A model generated the notes under the pieces. The model worked only from the letters and a program-made list of their open reading frames with translations, was not told the origin of the DNA and did not search any database. 64,000 nt of DNA from Scenedesmus sp. PABB004 (taxonomy: Eukaryota): assembly GCA_014905635.1 (NCBI GenBank), contig JABVCE010000025.1:1-64000 (forward strand), written 5' to 3'. Made by a program: the position numbers and the translations under genes. Shown here piece after piece: positions 36,419 through 50,173 of the stretch; position 1 is the first letter of the stretch; each line of letters opens with the position of its first letter.

Positions 36419-38167
36419 GCAGGCACGCGCAGCCTGTCGCGCAGCACGGAGGACAGCCTCACGTGGCACCTCGTGCTGCTCAGCAGCGCAGTGGTGGGGC
36501 TCGCGCCGAGTGCGCTCGAGGGCGTGGTGCCGGACATCGAGGCGCTCGTGGACGACACGCTCAAGGTGTGCCGGCCGCAGCACGCGGCGCGGGCGCAGGG
36601 GGGCAGCAGCTGACGCGGGAGCTGGCCGCAGCGGCTGCCGCCAGCGACAGTCGCACGGCGCCGCCAGGCTGCCCGCGCAGCGGGATGGCCGCCGCGCGCG
36701 GTGCCTGACGGCGCGCCGCGCCGCACCGCGCCGCGCCGAGCCGCGCCGCGCCGCAGCTGCCGTCGCGTGTGGCGCACAACTGGGCGTCGATGGTGCTGTC
36801 GAGCACGCTCGGCGTGCTCAGCAGCTGGCACGTCGCCGACCCCGCGTGGGCGCAGGGCGGCGGGCTGCTGCTGCCGAGCGGGCTGCAGCTGTGGATCGAC
36901 CGCCAGGGCGTCGGCTGGTCGCCGCCGACGTGGGCGCTGCCGAGCGAGGCGCACGGCGCGACCGCGGCGCGGCTGGCCGAGAAGTACCTGGAGGACGCGG
37001 CGGCGCAGCTGGACCAGCTCTGCGGCGGCGGCGACGGCGCCGCCGCGGCGGGCGGCGGCGAGCTGGACGCGGTCGCGTTCAAGACGCGCGTGCGCGGCCT
37101 GCTCGCGGCCATGGCGGCGGTGACCATCGGCCTCATGTCGCGCCTGCGGGACTTTGAGGGCTTCGTCAACACCTCGGCGCCCGAGCCCGGCGCCGGCGGC
37201 GAGCCCGGCGACCCCGGCGCCGGCGGCGAGGCCGGCGGCGCGGGCGTCAACGCGGTCATCGACAGCCTGCAGGTCGTCGGCGGCTGCGCGCCGCCGATCG
37301 GCCGCCCCGGCGCGCGCAACCGCGTCGCGGGCGCGCTCGCGCGCGCGATCCGGCACCTCCGCGGCGGCGACCGCGAGCTGCTCGAGCAGGCGAGCTACAC
37401 GTCGCTGCTGCTCATGTGCCCCGGCGTGCTGGAGCAGGCTCTCGGGGGCCAGGGCCGGCACGGCAAGGACGAGGGCGCCATCATTGATGAGCCTGCGGCG
37501 GCGACCGCCTTCATCCTGGCAGCCAGCGGCGGCAGCGGCGCCGGCGGGGCCGGCGGGGGCTTCGCGCAGAGCTTTGCCGAGGCCGAGGCCCGCATGCACG
37601 ACGCGCTCGACGCGGAGCGCGCGGCGCAGGGCGGCGCCGCCGTCGCCGCGGGCCGCCCCGGCGCGGGCAGCTGGGGCACCGAGTGGCGCTGGCGCCGCCG
37701 CGCGTCGCCGCTCGCGGTGCTGGAGCGGCTGCGCCGCATGCTGCTCTGGCGCTGCGCGCAGGCGGCGGCCAAGGCGGGCCCGCCCGCGGCGGCCGGCGTC
37801 ACGCCGCGCCAGGCGGCGGCGGGCTCGGTCACGCCTGCCGGCGGCGTCACGCTGGACCAGCTGCCGCCGGAGTATGTCGCCCTCTTCCGCGAGCTCCTGG
37901 GCCTGTCGATGCAGCCCAACGCCGGCGTGCGCGGCTCCGCGCAGCCGACGCTGCACTCGTGCGTCAAGCGCTTCCCCTGCCTCGTGGAGGTGATGCTGCC
38001 CGAGGCGCTCGCCGCGCTCGCGGGCGTGCCGGGGCCGGCCGGCGAGGGCGCCGCGCTGCCGCAGCACGCCGCGCTGGAGCAGTTTTACGCCGGCACGCTG
38101 TTGGACGCGATGCGCAGCCCCGCCGCGGACGCGGCGGCCGCGCCCGCCGACGCGGGCGCGGGCGCGA

Positions 38168-38201
<34 letters not shown>

Positions 38202-41200
38202 TGCCGTCGCGGCGGCTGCGTCGACCGCAGCGGCCAAGGCGCTCGCGGCCGCGAGCGCGGGCGGCACGCCGGCGGCCAAGGCCGCGGCCGCCGCGGCGCT
38301 CGCCGCGGCGGCGGCCGGCGCGGGCGCCGGCGGCGGCGGCGCGCGCAGCGTGGCCGAGGAGAGCGCGAACGACGGCCGCGTCGTGGGCGCGTGCGCGCTG
38401 CTCGCGGGCTGCCTGGACGCGTGGCGCGTCATCTTCCGGGAGCCGCTCGTCTTCCGCGGCTTCCTGCACGCGCTGCTCGCGTCGCGGCGGCACACCAGCA
38501 ACGCGTGCCTCAAGGCCATACAGATGCTCATCATGCAGGCGCGGCGCCGCGCGGCGCGGCAGCGCAGCGCGCGGCGGGGCGTTGCGGACGCGGCGCGGGA
38601 GCGGCGCGGCGGGGGGCGGGCAGCAAGGCGAGGGGGCGGACGCGCCGCGCCGCCGCCGCCGCCGCCGCCACACTCACGCTGTCCCTCCGGCGCGCCGCGG
38701 CCGCAGGTGATCAGCCGCTTCAAGCTGCCGCCGCTGCTGGGCGTGGGCAGCCCCGAGTACGCGCAGCTGCAGGCCGCGCTCATCTCGGTCGCCGAGCCGG
38801 GTGCGCGCCGCGCCGCGCCGCCGCTGCGCCGCGGCCCGCGGCCGCTCTGCGGCCTCCCGCGCACGCGCGCGCCCGCCGACGTGGTGTCCGCGCCGCGTCC
38901 GCGCTGCCGCCGGCACGCTGCCGTGCGCCAGGCGCGCGCGTGACGTGGCGGTACGCTGTGCTGAGCAACATGGTCCTCCAGTTTGCAGCGCCGCCCGCGG
39001 GCAGCCCCGCGGCGCTGCCGCTGCTGCGGCACTGCCTCGCGCTGCTGCGCAGCGACATGCTGCTGCTGCGCCAGGTCGGCTGCGCGGGGCTGTGGCTGCA
39101 GCTCGCGCAGCTCGCGCACCACGGCGCGGCCAACCCGGCGCTGCTGGACGAGCTCAGGCGGGCGCTCGCGGCGCCGGGCACGGGCGAGGCGCTCGTGCGC
39201 CTGCTCGTGCTCGACCACGCCAAGCTCGACGCGCAGGAGGCGGCCAAGGCCGCGCGCGGCGGCGGCGGCGGCGGCGGCGCGCCGGGCGGGCTGCTGAGCG
39301 GCCTGCTGGGCATGACGGCGGAGGAGGTCATGGGCGCGATGGTCGCCGCGGCGGTCGAGCGCTTCGACCGCTGGCCCAGCGAGGGCGGGCGCCCCGCCGC
39401 GACGCTGGACGGGCTGTTTGAGATCTCGCACGCCCGCCTCGTGCGCCTGCTCGCGACGCTCTGCCCCGCTGAGGCGCTGTCCGCGCTGCGCGAGCCGCTC
39501 GCGGCGCGGCTCGCCGCGCACCCCGCGCCCAACGGGCCGGGCGAGAAGGCGGAGGCCGCCGCCGTCGCGGAGGCGCTCGCGGGCCTGCTCGCGTCGGCGG
39601 CGCCCGCGGCTGCCGGCGGCGGCGCCGACGGCGGCGGCGGCTGGGCGCTCGCGCTGCTGCGCGACGCGCTCAACAGCGCGACGCTGGAGATGTCGGACGC
39701 GTGGGGCGCGGCGCTCTGGTACGCGCTGGACGCGCTGCTCGATGCCCCCGCGGGCTCGCCGCGGCAGTCGCGCGCCGGCGACGGCGCGGCGCCGCCGGCC
39801 GACGGCGGCGTGGCGTCGGACGCGCTCGACGTGCGCGACGCGCCGGCGGCGGCGATGCTGCAGCAGCTCCTGGGCGTAATCATGGCGGCCGTGCCCGGCG
39901 CCGCGGCGGGCGGCGCGGCGGCCGCCGCGGCCGCCGCGCTCGCGGGCGCCGCCGCGGCGGCGGCGCCAGGCACGCCGGGCGCGGGCGAGGCGCCGGCCGC
40001 CGACCGGTCCGGCGCGGGCGGCGCGCTGCCGAGCGACCTGAAGCGTCTCAAGTACCTGCTGCACTGCCTGCCGCCCATCCGGCGGCGGGGCACGCTGGGG
40101 ACGGCAGGCCTGGACGCCGCGCTCGGCGTGCCGACGCCCGAGGCCGGCGGCGGCGACGCCGCGGCCGCGGCCGCGGTCGCGACCGCTGCCGCTGCGGCGC
40201 GGCGCGCGGCCTGCGGCGGCCGCAGCAGCGGCGGCGGCGCGGAGGGCTGGACGGCGCTGCCGCTCGCGCCGCCGCCGGCGCTGCCGCGGTCCGTCCGCGT
40301 CTTCCTGGCGGCGCTGATGCAGGAGGTGGGCGCCCTGGCGGAGGCGGAGCAGCCCACCGCGATGCGCGAGGTGCTCGGCTCGCTCCTGGCCGACCTGGCC
40401 GCGCTCTTCGCGGCGCCCGCGCCGCTGCTGCTGCCGCCCAGCTCCGCCGCCGCGGCGCCGGGCAGCAGCACGCGCGGCAGCGGCGGCGGCGCCGGCAGCG
40501 GGTGCAGCACCCCGCTGGAGATTGAGATGCCTCCGGCCGCCGGCGGCGCCGGCGCGGGCCCCGGCGGCGCCGACAGCGGCGGCGCGCTCGAGCCCGACGT
40601 TGTGCTGCTCAACTCTAGCGCCGCCGGGCTGCGCGCGGCGGCGGCGGCGCTGCTGCAGGCGGTGGTCGGGCGCTTTGCCGCGCACGCGGCGGCGCTCGAG
40701 CGCCTCAAGAACAGCGGCGGCGCCGGCGCGGGCGGCAACGGCAGCGGCAACGCCAATGGCGGCGGCAACGGCAACGGCACCAGCGGCGGGGGCGCGCCGC
40801 CGTCGGCGCGCGGCAGCGACAGCAGCGACGACCTGGTCATGGTCGACGCCGCCGACGCGGCGCCGGGCGGCGCGCCCGCGCCCGTGCCCGCGCACGCGCC
40901 GGCGGGCGCGGCGGGGCTCGCGGGCAGCCTGACCGCGTGCGGGGTGGGGCTGCAGGCGCTCATTGCGGCGGTGGACAGCGGCGAGAGCGGCTCGCTGCGC
41001 CCGCTGCTCGCGGCGCTGCTGCCGAGCGTGCTGGCGCTGCAGGAGCTCGCGGGCCCCGGCCTCGCGCAGCTCTCGGGCGAGGCCAAGAGCGGCTTTGTGC
41101 TTTACAAGTACCTGCCCTTTGGCGCCGACCACGCGCGCGGCGTGGCGGGCGCGGTGCTCGCCGCGGGCGGCAGCGACGCGTGGAGCAGCCGCGCGGCGGC

Positions 41201-41405
41201 GCTCGTCTTCCTGCAGGCGCGGCGCGGCGCGGCGGGCGGGCGGGCGGCGCGGCGCGGCGCGGCGCGGGGGCGGCGCAGAGAGGGGGCGGCGGCTGCGGTT
41301 TTGACCTGCGCCCACGCGCACGCGCGCGCCCCCTCGCCGCGGCCAGGTGTTTTGGTTCCGCCACTGCTTCCTGCTCGGCGACGACGACATGGAGCGCCTG
41401 CAGGT

Positions 41406-41439
<34 letters not shown>

Positions 41440-42198
41440 GGTCGCTGCTGTGCCGGGGAGGGGGGTGGGCCGCGCGCCTGCCGCGCGGCGCGTAGCCTGC
41501 GCCCGAGCCGCGCGCGCGCGCCGCCGCCGCCGCCGTCGCGTCTGCCACCGCAGGCGTTTGTCGTCGGGCGGCTGCAGGACGCCAAGGTCGAGGTCCGCGC
41601 GCTCGCGGCGGCCACGTTGAGCGGGCTCATCAAGGCGCTGCCGGCGCACGAGATCGACGCACTGCGCGGCGCGCTGCTGCGCCGCGTGTCCGCGCTCTTC
41701 GCGCCGCCCGGCGGCGCCGCGGCGCGCCGCAGCGGCGGCGGCGCGCCCCGCGGCGTGCCCGTCGTCGCGGCGGCGGCGCAGGCGGGCCCCGCGTTCCTGG
41801 CGGAGGCGCAGGCGGTGGTGCAGGGGCTCAAGGTGCGCGGCCGGGCGCGCGCGCGGGCGGTCGCCGCCGGCGGGCCGCCGCCGACACACCCCGTGTCGCG
41901 CGCGCATGGCCGTGCCGCCCATGCGGCCCCGCGCGCCGCGGCGGGCCCCGCCGCCGCGCAGGCGTTTGTGCTGTCGAGCCCGTACGACGTGCCGCCGTGG
42001 ATGCCCGAGGTGCTCATGGCGCTCGTGGGCGCGGCCAACGCGCGCAGCCCGCTCGTGCGCCGCGACGCGGCCAAAGCGCTGAGCGAGTTCAAGCGCACGC
42101 ACGAGGAGGACGCGCTCGACGCGCTGCGCGCCGCACTGGGCGAGGCAGACTGGGAGGCGCTCGCGCAGGTCTCCAACTCGGCCAGCTACTTCGTGTGA
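32702..42198 (+). CDS. PA200: Proteasome activator subunit 4 (PA200/Blm10)
   Basis: LPWRPL, HPSNTGAWS, LPGIDANDEAKT, SSPYDVPPWMPEVL, ALSEFKRTH and C-terminal SYFV. About 17 introns. Confidence 0.93.
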
Positions 42199-42324
42199 GC
42201 GGCGCGGCGCGGCGCGGAGCGGCGCGGCGCGTGGATAGGCAGGTAATGAGTTGCCCGTCCCTTGTCCGGCCCCCCGCGCGGCCACGCGATCGCGCTGCGG
42301 CATCGTCAGCACGCGCAAAAAGAG

Positions 42325-42329
42325 TTACA
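42325..42329 (-). promoter_or_regulatory. Putative TGTAA poly(A) signal of PreP
   Basis: ttaca on + strand about 100 bp beyond the PreP stop. Confidence 0.55.
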
Positions 42330-42430
42330 CACGGCGCCGACATGCGCCGGCGCACGCCCTTATTCACTCTCGCCCGCGCCCGCCGTCACACTCGGGCCCC
42401 GCGCGCCTCGAGGCTGCTGTGAGGGGCGCC

Positions 42431-44374
42431 TCACAGCACCTTGCGCACCTCCCAGAAGTCCGGCCGCTCCGCGAGCACCGCCGCGGCCTTGTCGGCGCTC
42501 GTGACCGCGACGACGCGGCCCGCGTCGCCCGACACGCACGCCACGACGTCGGCAAACTCCTTGAAGTCCTTCAGCGTCGTGCCCAGCACCTGGTCGCGCC
42601 GCGCCTGGCGCTCCTCGTCGCTCACCCCCAGCAGGTACCTGCGCGGCGGCGGCGCGTGCGGGTCAGGGCGCGGGTCAGTGCGCGCGCGGCGGCCGTCCTC
42701 GCGCGGGCACCGCCGATCCCCCGTCCAAGCCCGGCCCCCTCGCGCCCGCGTGCCGCGCGCCCCCTCGCCCGCGTCGCCGCTCGCCTGCTGAGCGCGGAGT
42801 AGCCCTTTGCGTCGGGCAGCTGGTACGCGTCGAGGTCGCCCATCGTGCCGATGATGGCCTTGGTCAGGCCGTCGGCGTCGAGCGACAGATCGCGCAGGAA
42901 GCCGGGCGTGCCGTCGTACGCGGCGAGCGTGTCGAGCAGGTTGGGGTCTGTGACAAGCCACGGCGGGGCGGGCGCGTTTGAGGGGGCAGGCGGGAGCAGA
43001 CGCGTCGCAACGACCCGGCCGGCGCGGCGGCGCCTCGCTCGCGCGCGCCCGCCGGCGCCGCCCCACCGGCGCCGCACCGCGGTAGCTGAGGTACGTGAAC
43101 ATGCCGGAGTGGGAGTCGAAGGAGCAGAAGCCGCCGTACGCGCCGCCGACGACGCGGACCTTGTCCCACAGCCAGCTGGTGCCCAGGTGCTTCTCGATCA
43201 CGTACGCCGCGCCGCTGAGGCTGTAGCCCGCGTCGGCGTAGAGGTTGGCCGCCTTGCCCACGTAGTTGACCTGGCGTTGACCAGCGTTTAGGGTTCAGGC
43301 GCGCGGTTTGTGGTGAGCGGTGCGGCGGACGGGGCGCGGGGAAGAAGCGGCGCGGCGCGGCGGCGCGGGCGGGGCTGTGGCGGAGCGCGCGCGCGGCCCG
43401 CGCACCTGCGTGGGCACCACGAGCGCCTCGTTGACGCGCGGCAGCGCGCCCTGCCACCCGCCCGCCGCGCCCGACAGCGCCGCGGTGCCGGGCAGGCGCG
43501 AGAGCAGGTCGTCGACGTGCGCCTGCGCCGCGCTCAGCGCGCGCTCGTCGCCTGCGCACAGGCGCAGGGGCGCGGGCGCGGGCGCCGCGGCGGCGGGGTC
43601 AGAGAGAGGGCGCGCGGCGCGGCGGGGCCGGCCCCGGCCCGCTGGGGCCGAAGGTAGGGTCGGCCGTGGCGGCAAGGGGTCGGCCGAGGCGCGGCGCGGC
43701 GCGCACCCGTGAGGTTGACGATCGCGCCCTTGCGCTGCAGCAGGTGCGAGCGGATCGCCTCCAGGTCGGCCTGCACAGGCGCGGCGTGCGGGCAGCACGG
43801 GCGCGCGTGGGCGCGTGGGCCTTGGCGCTGGCGCGCGCGGCGCGAGCGCGCGCGGGGCGAGCGCGCGCAGGTGCGCAGGGTGCGCGGGGCGCGGACCTGC
43901 ACGCCCTCCCAGTCCTCCTCCACGCGCTTGGCCAGGCCGCGCACATACTCCAGGTACGACAGCCCGCCCATGCTCTCGCTCACCCACCCCGCGACGCTGC
44001 GCTGCGCCGCGAGGCGGCTGCCCGCAAAGCTGCGGCGCGCGGCGGACGCAGCGCGGCGCGGACGCGGCGCGGATGCGGGCGCGTGGGCGCGGCGCGTGGG
44101 CGCGGCGCGCGGGCGCGGCGCGCGGGCGCGGCGCGTGGGCGCGCGGGGGCGCAAGAGCGGTGGCGCACCGGTGGCCGCTGCCGATGATGCCCGCCTCGAG
44201 GCCGGCCTTGGTCTCGGCGACCATCTGCGTGAACCGCGCCCTGCGGGGCGGCGCGCGCGGCGCGGCGCGGCGGCGTCCGCGCGCCTCCCTCCCCCGCAGG
44301 CCCGCGCCGCGCCCCGCCGGCAGCAGGCGCCCCGCGCGCGCGTGCCGCCGCCGGGGCCCGCCGCCGCCGCCGCC

Positions 44375-44407
<33 letters not shown>

Positions 44408-47400
44408 CGGCGCGCGCCTGTCGTCGAGGCGGGCGGTGGCGAGGATGTCACCCATGAGCGTGAACAGGTCGCCGCTGTTGTGGCCCATCGCCTTGCCGCG
44501 CACCTGCGGGCGCGGGGCGGCGGTGCCGGTCGGCCGGGGCCGCGCCGGGGCCATCGCCGCGCACGCATGTGCACGCACACGTGCTGACTGCCGCCGCGCG
44601 CACGCACCATGAGGTAGGCCACGGGCTGGTCCTGGCCGCGCTTGGCGCTGGTGAAGGGGTACACGCTGAGGCCGCCCGTCTTGCGCCCGATGCGCTCCGT
44701 GAGCTGCACAAACGACTCGCTCGCCGTGCCCATCTGCCCGCGGCGGCGGCGGCGGCGGCGGCGACCGCGCGCGGGCGAGCGCAGGGGCGCGGAGGGGGCC
44801 GGGGTGAGCGGCGCGCGCGGCGGCGCGCGCGGCGGCGCGTGGCAGCGCGGGCCGCGACCGCGCGCAGCGCGCGCAGCGCGCGCAGCGCGCGCACAGCATG
44901 TGCAGCGCGCGCACCTGGGTGAGGCTGCGCGAGAAGAGCGGCACGAGCGGCAGCAGCGCGGGGGGCAGGCCGGTCATGTCGAGCGCTGCCTCGGCGTAGA
45001 GCACGTCGTTGGTGAAGAGCTCGTGCGACAGCAGCGTCGCGCCGCCGTCGCGCGACGAGAGCGACGTCGGCACGGTCGTGATGGCCTTGGGGATGTCGGA
45101 GAGCTGCGCGGGCGGGCGGGTGTGTCGAGGGGCGCGCGCGTCAGGTGAGCATCGTGCGCCGTGCGCGCGCCGCGCGCGCGGGGCGGGAGGCGTGGGCGGC
45201 GCCGGCAGGGGCAGCGCTGCGCAGCGCACCCCCCCCCCACACACACACACAGCCACACACACAGCCACACACACAGCCACAGCCACAAGCGCACCTTGAG
45301 CGAGGGGATGCAGGCGAGCGCCTCGGGCGAGTCGGGCGTCTCCTGGCGCTCCTTCAGCGCCGCCGTCTCCTCGACCACCTGCTTCAGCTGCGGCGCGCAG
45401 CCAGCGACGGCAGCGGCGGCGGCGCGTCAGGGGCCGGCCCCTGCCGCGCGGGCAGACCCCCGGCCGCGCCGTGCCGCGCCGCGCGGGTGTGGGCTCACGT
45501 CGTCCTCGCTGAGCTTGGCCCGGATGGCGTCGAGTCGCGCCTTCTCGTCCGCCTCCGTCTTGGCCGCGAGCGCCGTGTCGGGCAGCATCACCACCGTCAC
45601 CCTGCGCACCACGCCGGCGCGCGCGTCACGGGGCGGCGCGCTCGGCGCGGCGGCCGCGCGCAGCGCGGCACGCCTCGCGCCGTGCCCCACCGCACACGGC
45701 CTCAGACTCCGATCCTGAACCCTAAACCCTGAGCCCTGCAAAGCCCTGCACAGCCCTGCAAAACCCTGCAAAGCCCCGGCCCAGCCCGCGCCTGTGTGGG
45801 TTGTTGAGCAGGTACTTGGTGATGAGGGGGCCGAAGACGTCGTCCCCGCCCGACAGGCGCGCCTTGAAGTGGGACAGCGCGTCCTCCCACTGCGGCGCGC
45901 CGGGGAGGGGCGCGTGCGTGCGAGTGTGTGTGTGTGGGGAGGGGCGGGGGGGGGGGGGGGGCACGAAGCCGGCAGCCGGCCGCCTCGCGACGAGGCGGCG
46001 CCGCAGCGCGCGCGCGCGCGCGCGCCCCCCGGAGCACACGCCCGCGCCCACGCCCGCGCCGCGCCGCGCCGCGCGCCTGGATGGGCGTGTAGGGGTCGCG
46101 GCCGTAGATCCACGCGCCCACCGCGCGCAGCATGAGCGAGAGGCCGCGCGGGAAGGAGCCGGTGTTGTTCTCGCGCAGGCTGAACTCGATGGTGTTCACC
46201 GCCGCCTCGACCGCGCCCGGCGTGAAGCCCGCCACGCTCAGCTGGTTGAGCTGGTCCAGCACCAGCGCCTCGACCTTGCCCACGGAGCCGGGGTCGACGC
46301 CCTGCGGGGCGGGGCGGGGTGCGGCGCCAGCGGCGGCGGCGGCGGCGGGGTCGGGCCGCGCCGCGCGCGGCCAGCGCACACACACACCTCCACACCCTCA
46401 CACACACATCTCCCCACCACCCTCACACACAGACACCCCCCCCCACACACACACACAAAGACACGGCCACACGCGCCTTGAGGCCGACGCTGAAGATGGG
46501 CTGCTTGAGCTCGTCGTCGATGCCGCCGCCCACGAGCGCGGCGCCGAGGCTGCTGTCGTTGAGCGCCTTGCGCAGCGGCGCCGCGGGCGTGCCGAGCAGC
46601 AGGTAGTCGAGGAAGCCGAGGGCGAGCTCCGTCTCGACGTCCAGCGGCTCGCTCGTCAGCACCCAGTTGACCGCGGCGTACGCCTGGCGGCAGCAGCGGC
46701 GGCGGCCGCGCGGGGGTGGCGGGCGGGCCGTGGGCGGCGGCGGGCGGGAGGGAGGGCGAGCGGGCGGCGGGAGGGAGGACCTGAGACCGGGCGGAGCGGG
46801 CGGGCGTGCGCGGCGCACCTTGCCGTCGCCGTCCTCGCTGTCGCCCGCGGCGTAGTGCGCCGTGACGGTGCGCGGCTCGGGCAGCAGCGGCTGCGTCGCG
46901 ACCTCGCTGTCCACGGGGCGCGCCTCAAACTCGCTGCGCGGCGCGCGGCGGCGGCGCGCGTGAGCGCCGCCGGCGCGCTGGGCGGCGCGGCGCGGCGCGC
47001 GCAGGCGCGCCGCAGGCCTGCCCTCTCTCCCGTCCCCTCCCTCCCTCCCTCCGCCTCCCCGTCCCTCCCTCCCTCTCCCCTCGCTCCCTCCCCCGGCCTC
47101 ACCCCAGGTACGCGTCGAGCAGCGCGAGGCGCTTGGTCGGGTCGTCATCGCCGTAGAACCAGAACCGCCCGTTGCTGGGGTGATAGTACTTGGCGTGAAA
47201 CTCCTGCGCGCGCGCGGGGGCGCGCGGCGGGCCGACGCGGCGGCAGGCGGGCGGGGCGCGGGCGTCGGCGGGGGCCGCGGCCGGCGCAGAGGGCCGCGCA
47301 GAGGGGCGCGCGCGGGCGGCGCGGGGGTGGGCGCGCAGGCGGCGCGCGCCTGGAACTGCTCAAACGTGAGCTGGGGGATGACCTCCGGGTCGCCGCCGCT

Positions 47401-47700
47401 GTCGTGGCGGTACGTGTTGTCCGGGAACAGCGCCTGCGACGCGGCGGCGCCGCCAGCGCGGCGCGCGGGCGTCGGGCGCGCGCCAGGTGCACGCGCCGCG
47501 CGCGCGCGCAGGCGGGCGGGCCAGCCCGGCGCGCGCACGACCGCCGCCGCCGCCGGCGCGGCTGGCCCGGCGCCTTGCCCGGTGCCCACCCCTGCAGGCG
47601 ATGGTGAAGGCCGGCAAGGCGCCGCGCGCGCCGCGCCGGGCGGCGGCCTGGCCGACCCGGCCTGGCCGCCGGGCGCGCGCGCCTCTGACCACCACCACCG

Positions 47701-47750
<50 letters not shown>

Positions 47751-49210
47751 TATGCGGGCCCGCCCACCTGCTGCACGACGCGGTAGAACATGGAGTCAGG
47801 GCTGGAGTAGACGCCCTTCATCTCGTTGAACACGACGCCCTTGTAGCTCAGCGGCGCGGACGGGTCGTCGAGCTCGAGGTGCCACCCCTCCTGCTCAAAC
47901 GTCTGCCGGTCGGCCACGCAGCGCGGGTGCAGCACCGCGTCGAGGTACACGTCGACCAGGTTGTAAAAGTCCTGCGCGGCGCGCCCGCGGGTCGTCGGCG
48001 GCGGCGGCGCGGCGGGGTGTCGGCGGCGCGGCGCCGGCGGCGCCGGCGGCGCCGGCGGGCCCAGCGGCGCGGTGCGCCGCGTCCGCGGGCTGTCGCCGCG
48101 TGCGCGGGCGCCGCCGCGCCTGCGTGTTGGTCGACGCGACGGGGTAGCAGGTGCGGTCGGGGTAGGTGAAGGCGTTGAGGAAGGTGTTGAGGCTGCCCTT
48201 CATCAGCTCCACGAATGGCTCCTTGATCGGGTAGCGCCGGCTGCCGCAGAGCACGCTGTGCTCGAGGATGTGCGGGATGCCGGTCGAGTCGGACACGGGC
48301 GTGCGGAACACCGCGCCAAAGGTCTTGTTCTCGTCCGCGTTGACGACGCTGATCAGCTCCGCGCCTGCGTGCCGCGTGCGCGGCGGCGGCGGCGTCGTGG
48401 CGCGGCAGCATGTGGGCGGCACGCAGCGTGGGCGGCCGCGCCTGCGGGCTGCGAGCCGCGCGCCGCGCGCTGCGAGCGCGCGCCGCGCACCGGTCTTCTT
48501 GTGCCTGTACAGCAGGACCTGGGAGTCGTACTCGCGCACAAACTGCTGCTGCACCAGCTCAAAGCCGTGCGCCTCCTTGGGGAAGGAGGCCGCCGGCGCG
48601 GCCGCCGGCGCGGCGACCGCCTGCGCCGCGAGTGCGCGCCGGCCGGGCGCCGCCGGCGCGAGCACCGAGCGCAGCAGGCCTGGCGCGGGCAGCGCGGGGG
48701 GCGGGGGGGGGCGTGGCGGGGCGGCGTGGGCCGCCGCCGCGGCACGCGCAGCGCGGCGCGCCGCATGCATGCGCTCGGCCCTGCGCCGCCGCCCGCCCGC
48801 CCCCGCCGCGCGCGCACCAGCGCGCGAGCCGGTCCATGCCGCTGCCAGGCGCCTGCCGGAGCGCGCCAGGCCGCCGGCGCTGGCGGTGCAGCGCAGCGCG
48901 CCCGCCTGCGGGCAGAGGAGCAGCGGCGCGCGCGGCAGCGGCGGCGCGTCAGCGGCGCTGCGGGGACCGCTGCCTGCGCGGTGCGTCGCACGAGCTCGCA
49001 GACCCCGCCGGCGACGCGGACGCGGACCGCCGGCCGCGGAATGCGCGCCCGTGGGCGTGCGAGGCTGGCCATCAAGCCCCAGCCTGGCGTTGCTCGCCCC
49101 GTCCCGGGCGCCGCGCGCGGCCCGCAGCCCACCTGGCGCAGGCCAGGGGTGAGGCTGGGCGCGGTGGTGCTCGCGCCAGCGCCCGCCAGGCGCTGCTGGG
49201 CCACGCGCAT
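42431..49210 (-). CDS. PREP: Presequence protease (M16C), organellar
   Basis: TGIPHILEHSVLCGSRRYPIKEPF (HxxEH), FLNAFTYPDRTCYP, GVVFNEMKG, FSLRENNTGSFPRGL and LWDKVRVVGGAYGG. About 22 introns; start codon tentative. Confidence 0.95.
44376..44405. repeat. (CAG)n microsatellite, intronic
   Basis: 10 units in a PreP intron. Confidence 0.85.
45714..45777. repeat. Degenerate telomere-like repeat followed by a 10-bp tandem (gccctgcaaa)
   Basis: cctgaaccctaaaccctgagccctgcaaagccctgcacagccctgcaaaaccctgcaaagccc, in a PreP intron. Confidence 0.6.
47705..47749. repeat. (CAG)15 microsatellite, intronic
   Basis: Directly visible. Confidence 0.9.
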
Positions 49211-49643
49211 CGCAGACCGCAGGCCTCGGGCCAAGAGGGAGGGCGCCAGGGTGGGTGGGGGACAGCGGGGAGGGGCCTACGACGCGGTGCGTACGGGCGC
49301 GGTCTGGCGGCGCCGCGGCGGCGCCGCCCGCCACGCGTCGTCGCGAGCGCGGGCAGTCGGGCGGGCGGCGCAACAGCAACCACGCTCGGGGACGCTGGGG
49401 GCTTCTCCTGTTCAGAGCTCCAGAACAGCTTCGCACGCAAAAGCCCCGGGCGCCGCTGCACCGCGCCAGCCCGCCGCTGCCGCTGGCGCGCGTGCGAGCG
49501 CGCCGCCACATGTTCAGCGGCATCGCCGCCGCCGCAGCCGCCAAGCGCGCGGAGCTCACCGCCCAAGCAGGTGCGCGGACGCAGCGAAGCGCGGCCGCCG
49601 ATCGCGTGCCGCCGCTGGCTCACGCGCTGCTCGCGCGCTGCTC

Positions 49644-50173
49644 ATGGCGGCGCCAGAGCACCTCGAGGCGAGCGCGAGCAGCGCGGCCGCCTCATTCAGC
49701 TCCCTGCTGGTGGACGACCTCAACGACGAAGTGCGCCAGGTGCGGGCGCCCGCAGCGCCCGCTGCCGCCGCCGCCGCTGCGCGCGCGACGCTTCACGCGC
49801 GACGCGCCGCGCGCAGGTCTACGAAACCCAGAAGCTGCTGGAGCGCGAGTCGCAGCTGCTGCGCGCCGAGCTCGGCGCGCTGACGCGCCAGCTCGCGGCG
49901 TGGTCGGGCCGCAGCCAGGCGCTGCTGGCCGCGCTCAAGGCGGCGGGCGACCTGGAGCACTACGTGTCGGTGCTCGCGGCCGAGGCGGGCGCGCTGGCCG
50001 CGGTGCTCGGCGACGCGGCGGCCGCGGAGGACGAGGCGGCCGGCCGCGGCGGCGGCGCCGGCGGCGGCGGGGCCGGCGTCGCCCGCGCCGGCGCAGCCCC
50101 GCGACATCCCAGCGCACGCCGGGGCGGCGCCGTCGCTGTCGGGGCTGCCGCTGTCGAGCCGCGCGTCGCGGTG
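49644..50173 (+). CDS. BLOS1: BLOC-1 subunit 1 (GCN5L1/BLOS1) coding region; no stop codon, continues into DUF4504 region
   Basis: LLVDDLNDEVRQ|VYETQKLLERESQLLRAELGALTRQLAAW...ALKAAGDLEHYVSVL resembles the BLOS1 pattern. Intron at 49740-49816. Confidence 0.75.

Noticed and set aside
42184..42198. PA200 ends in YFV rather than YYX
   Set aside because: YF-x endings are, to my knowledge, normal for plant-lineage PA200.
45238..46460. CA-rich tracts
   Set aside because: Common intronic microsatellites.
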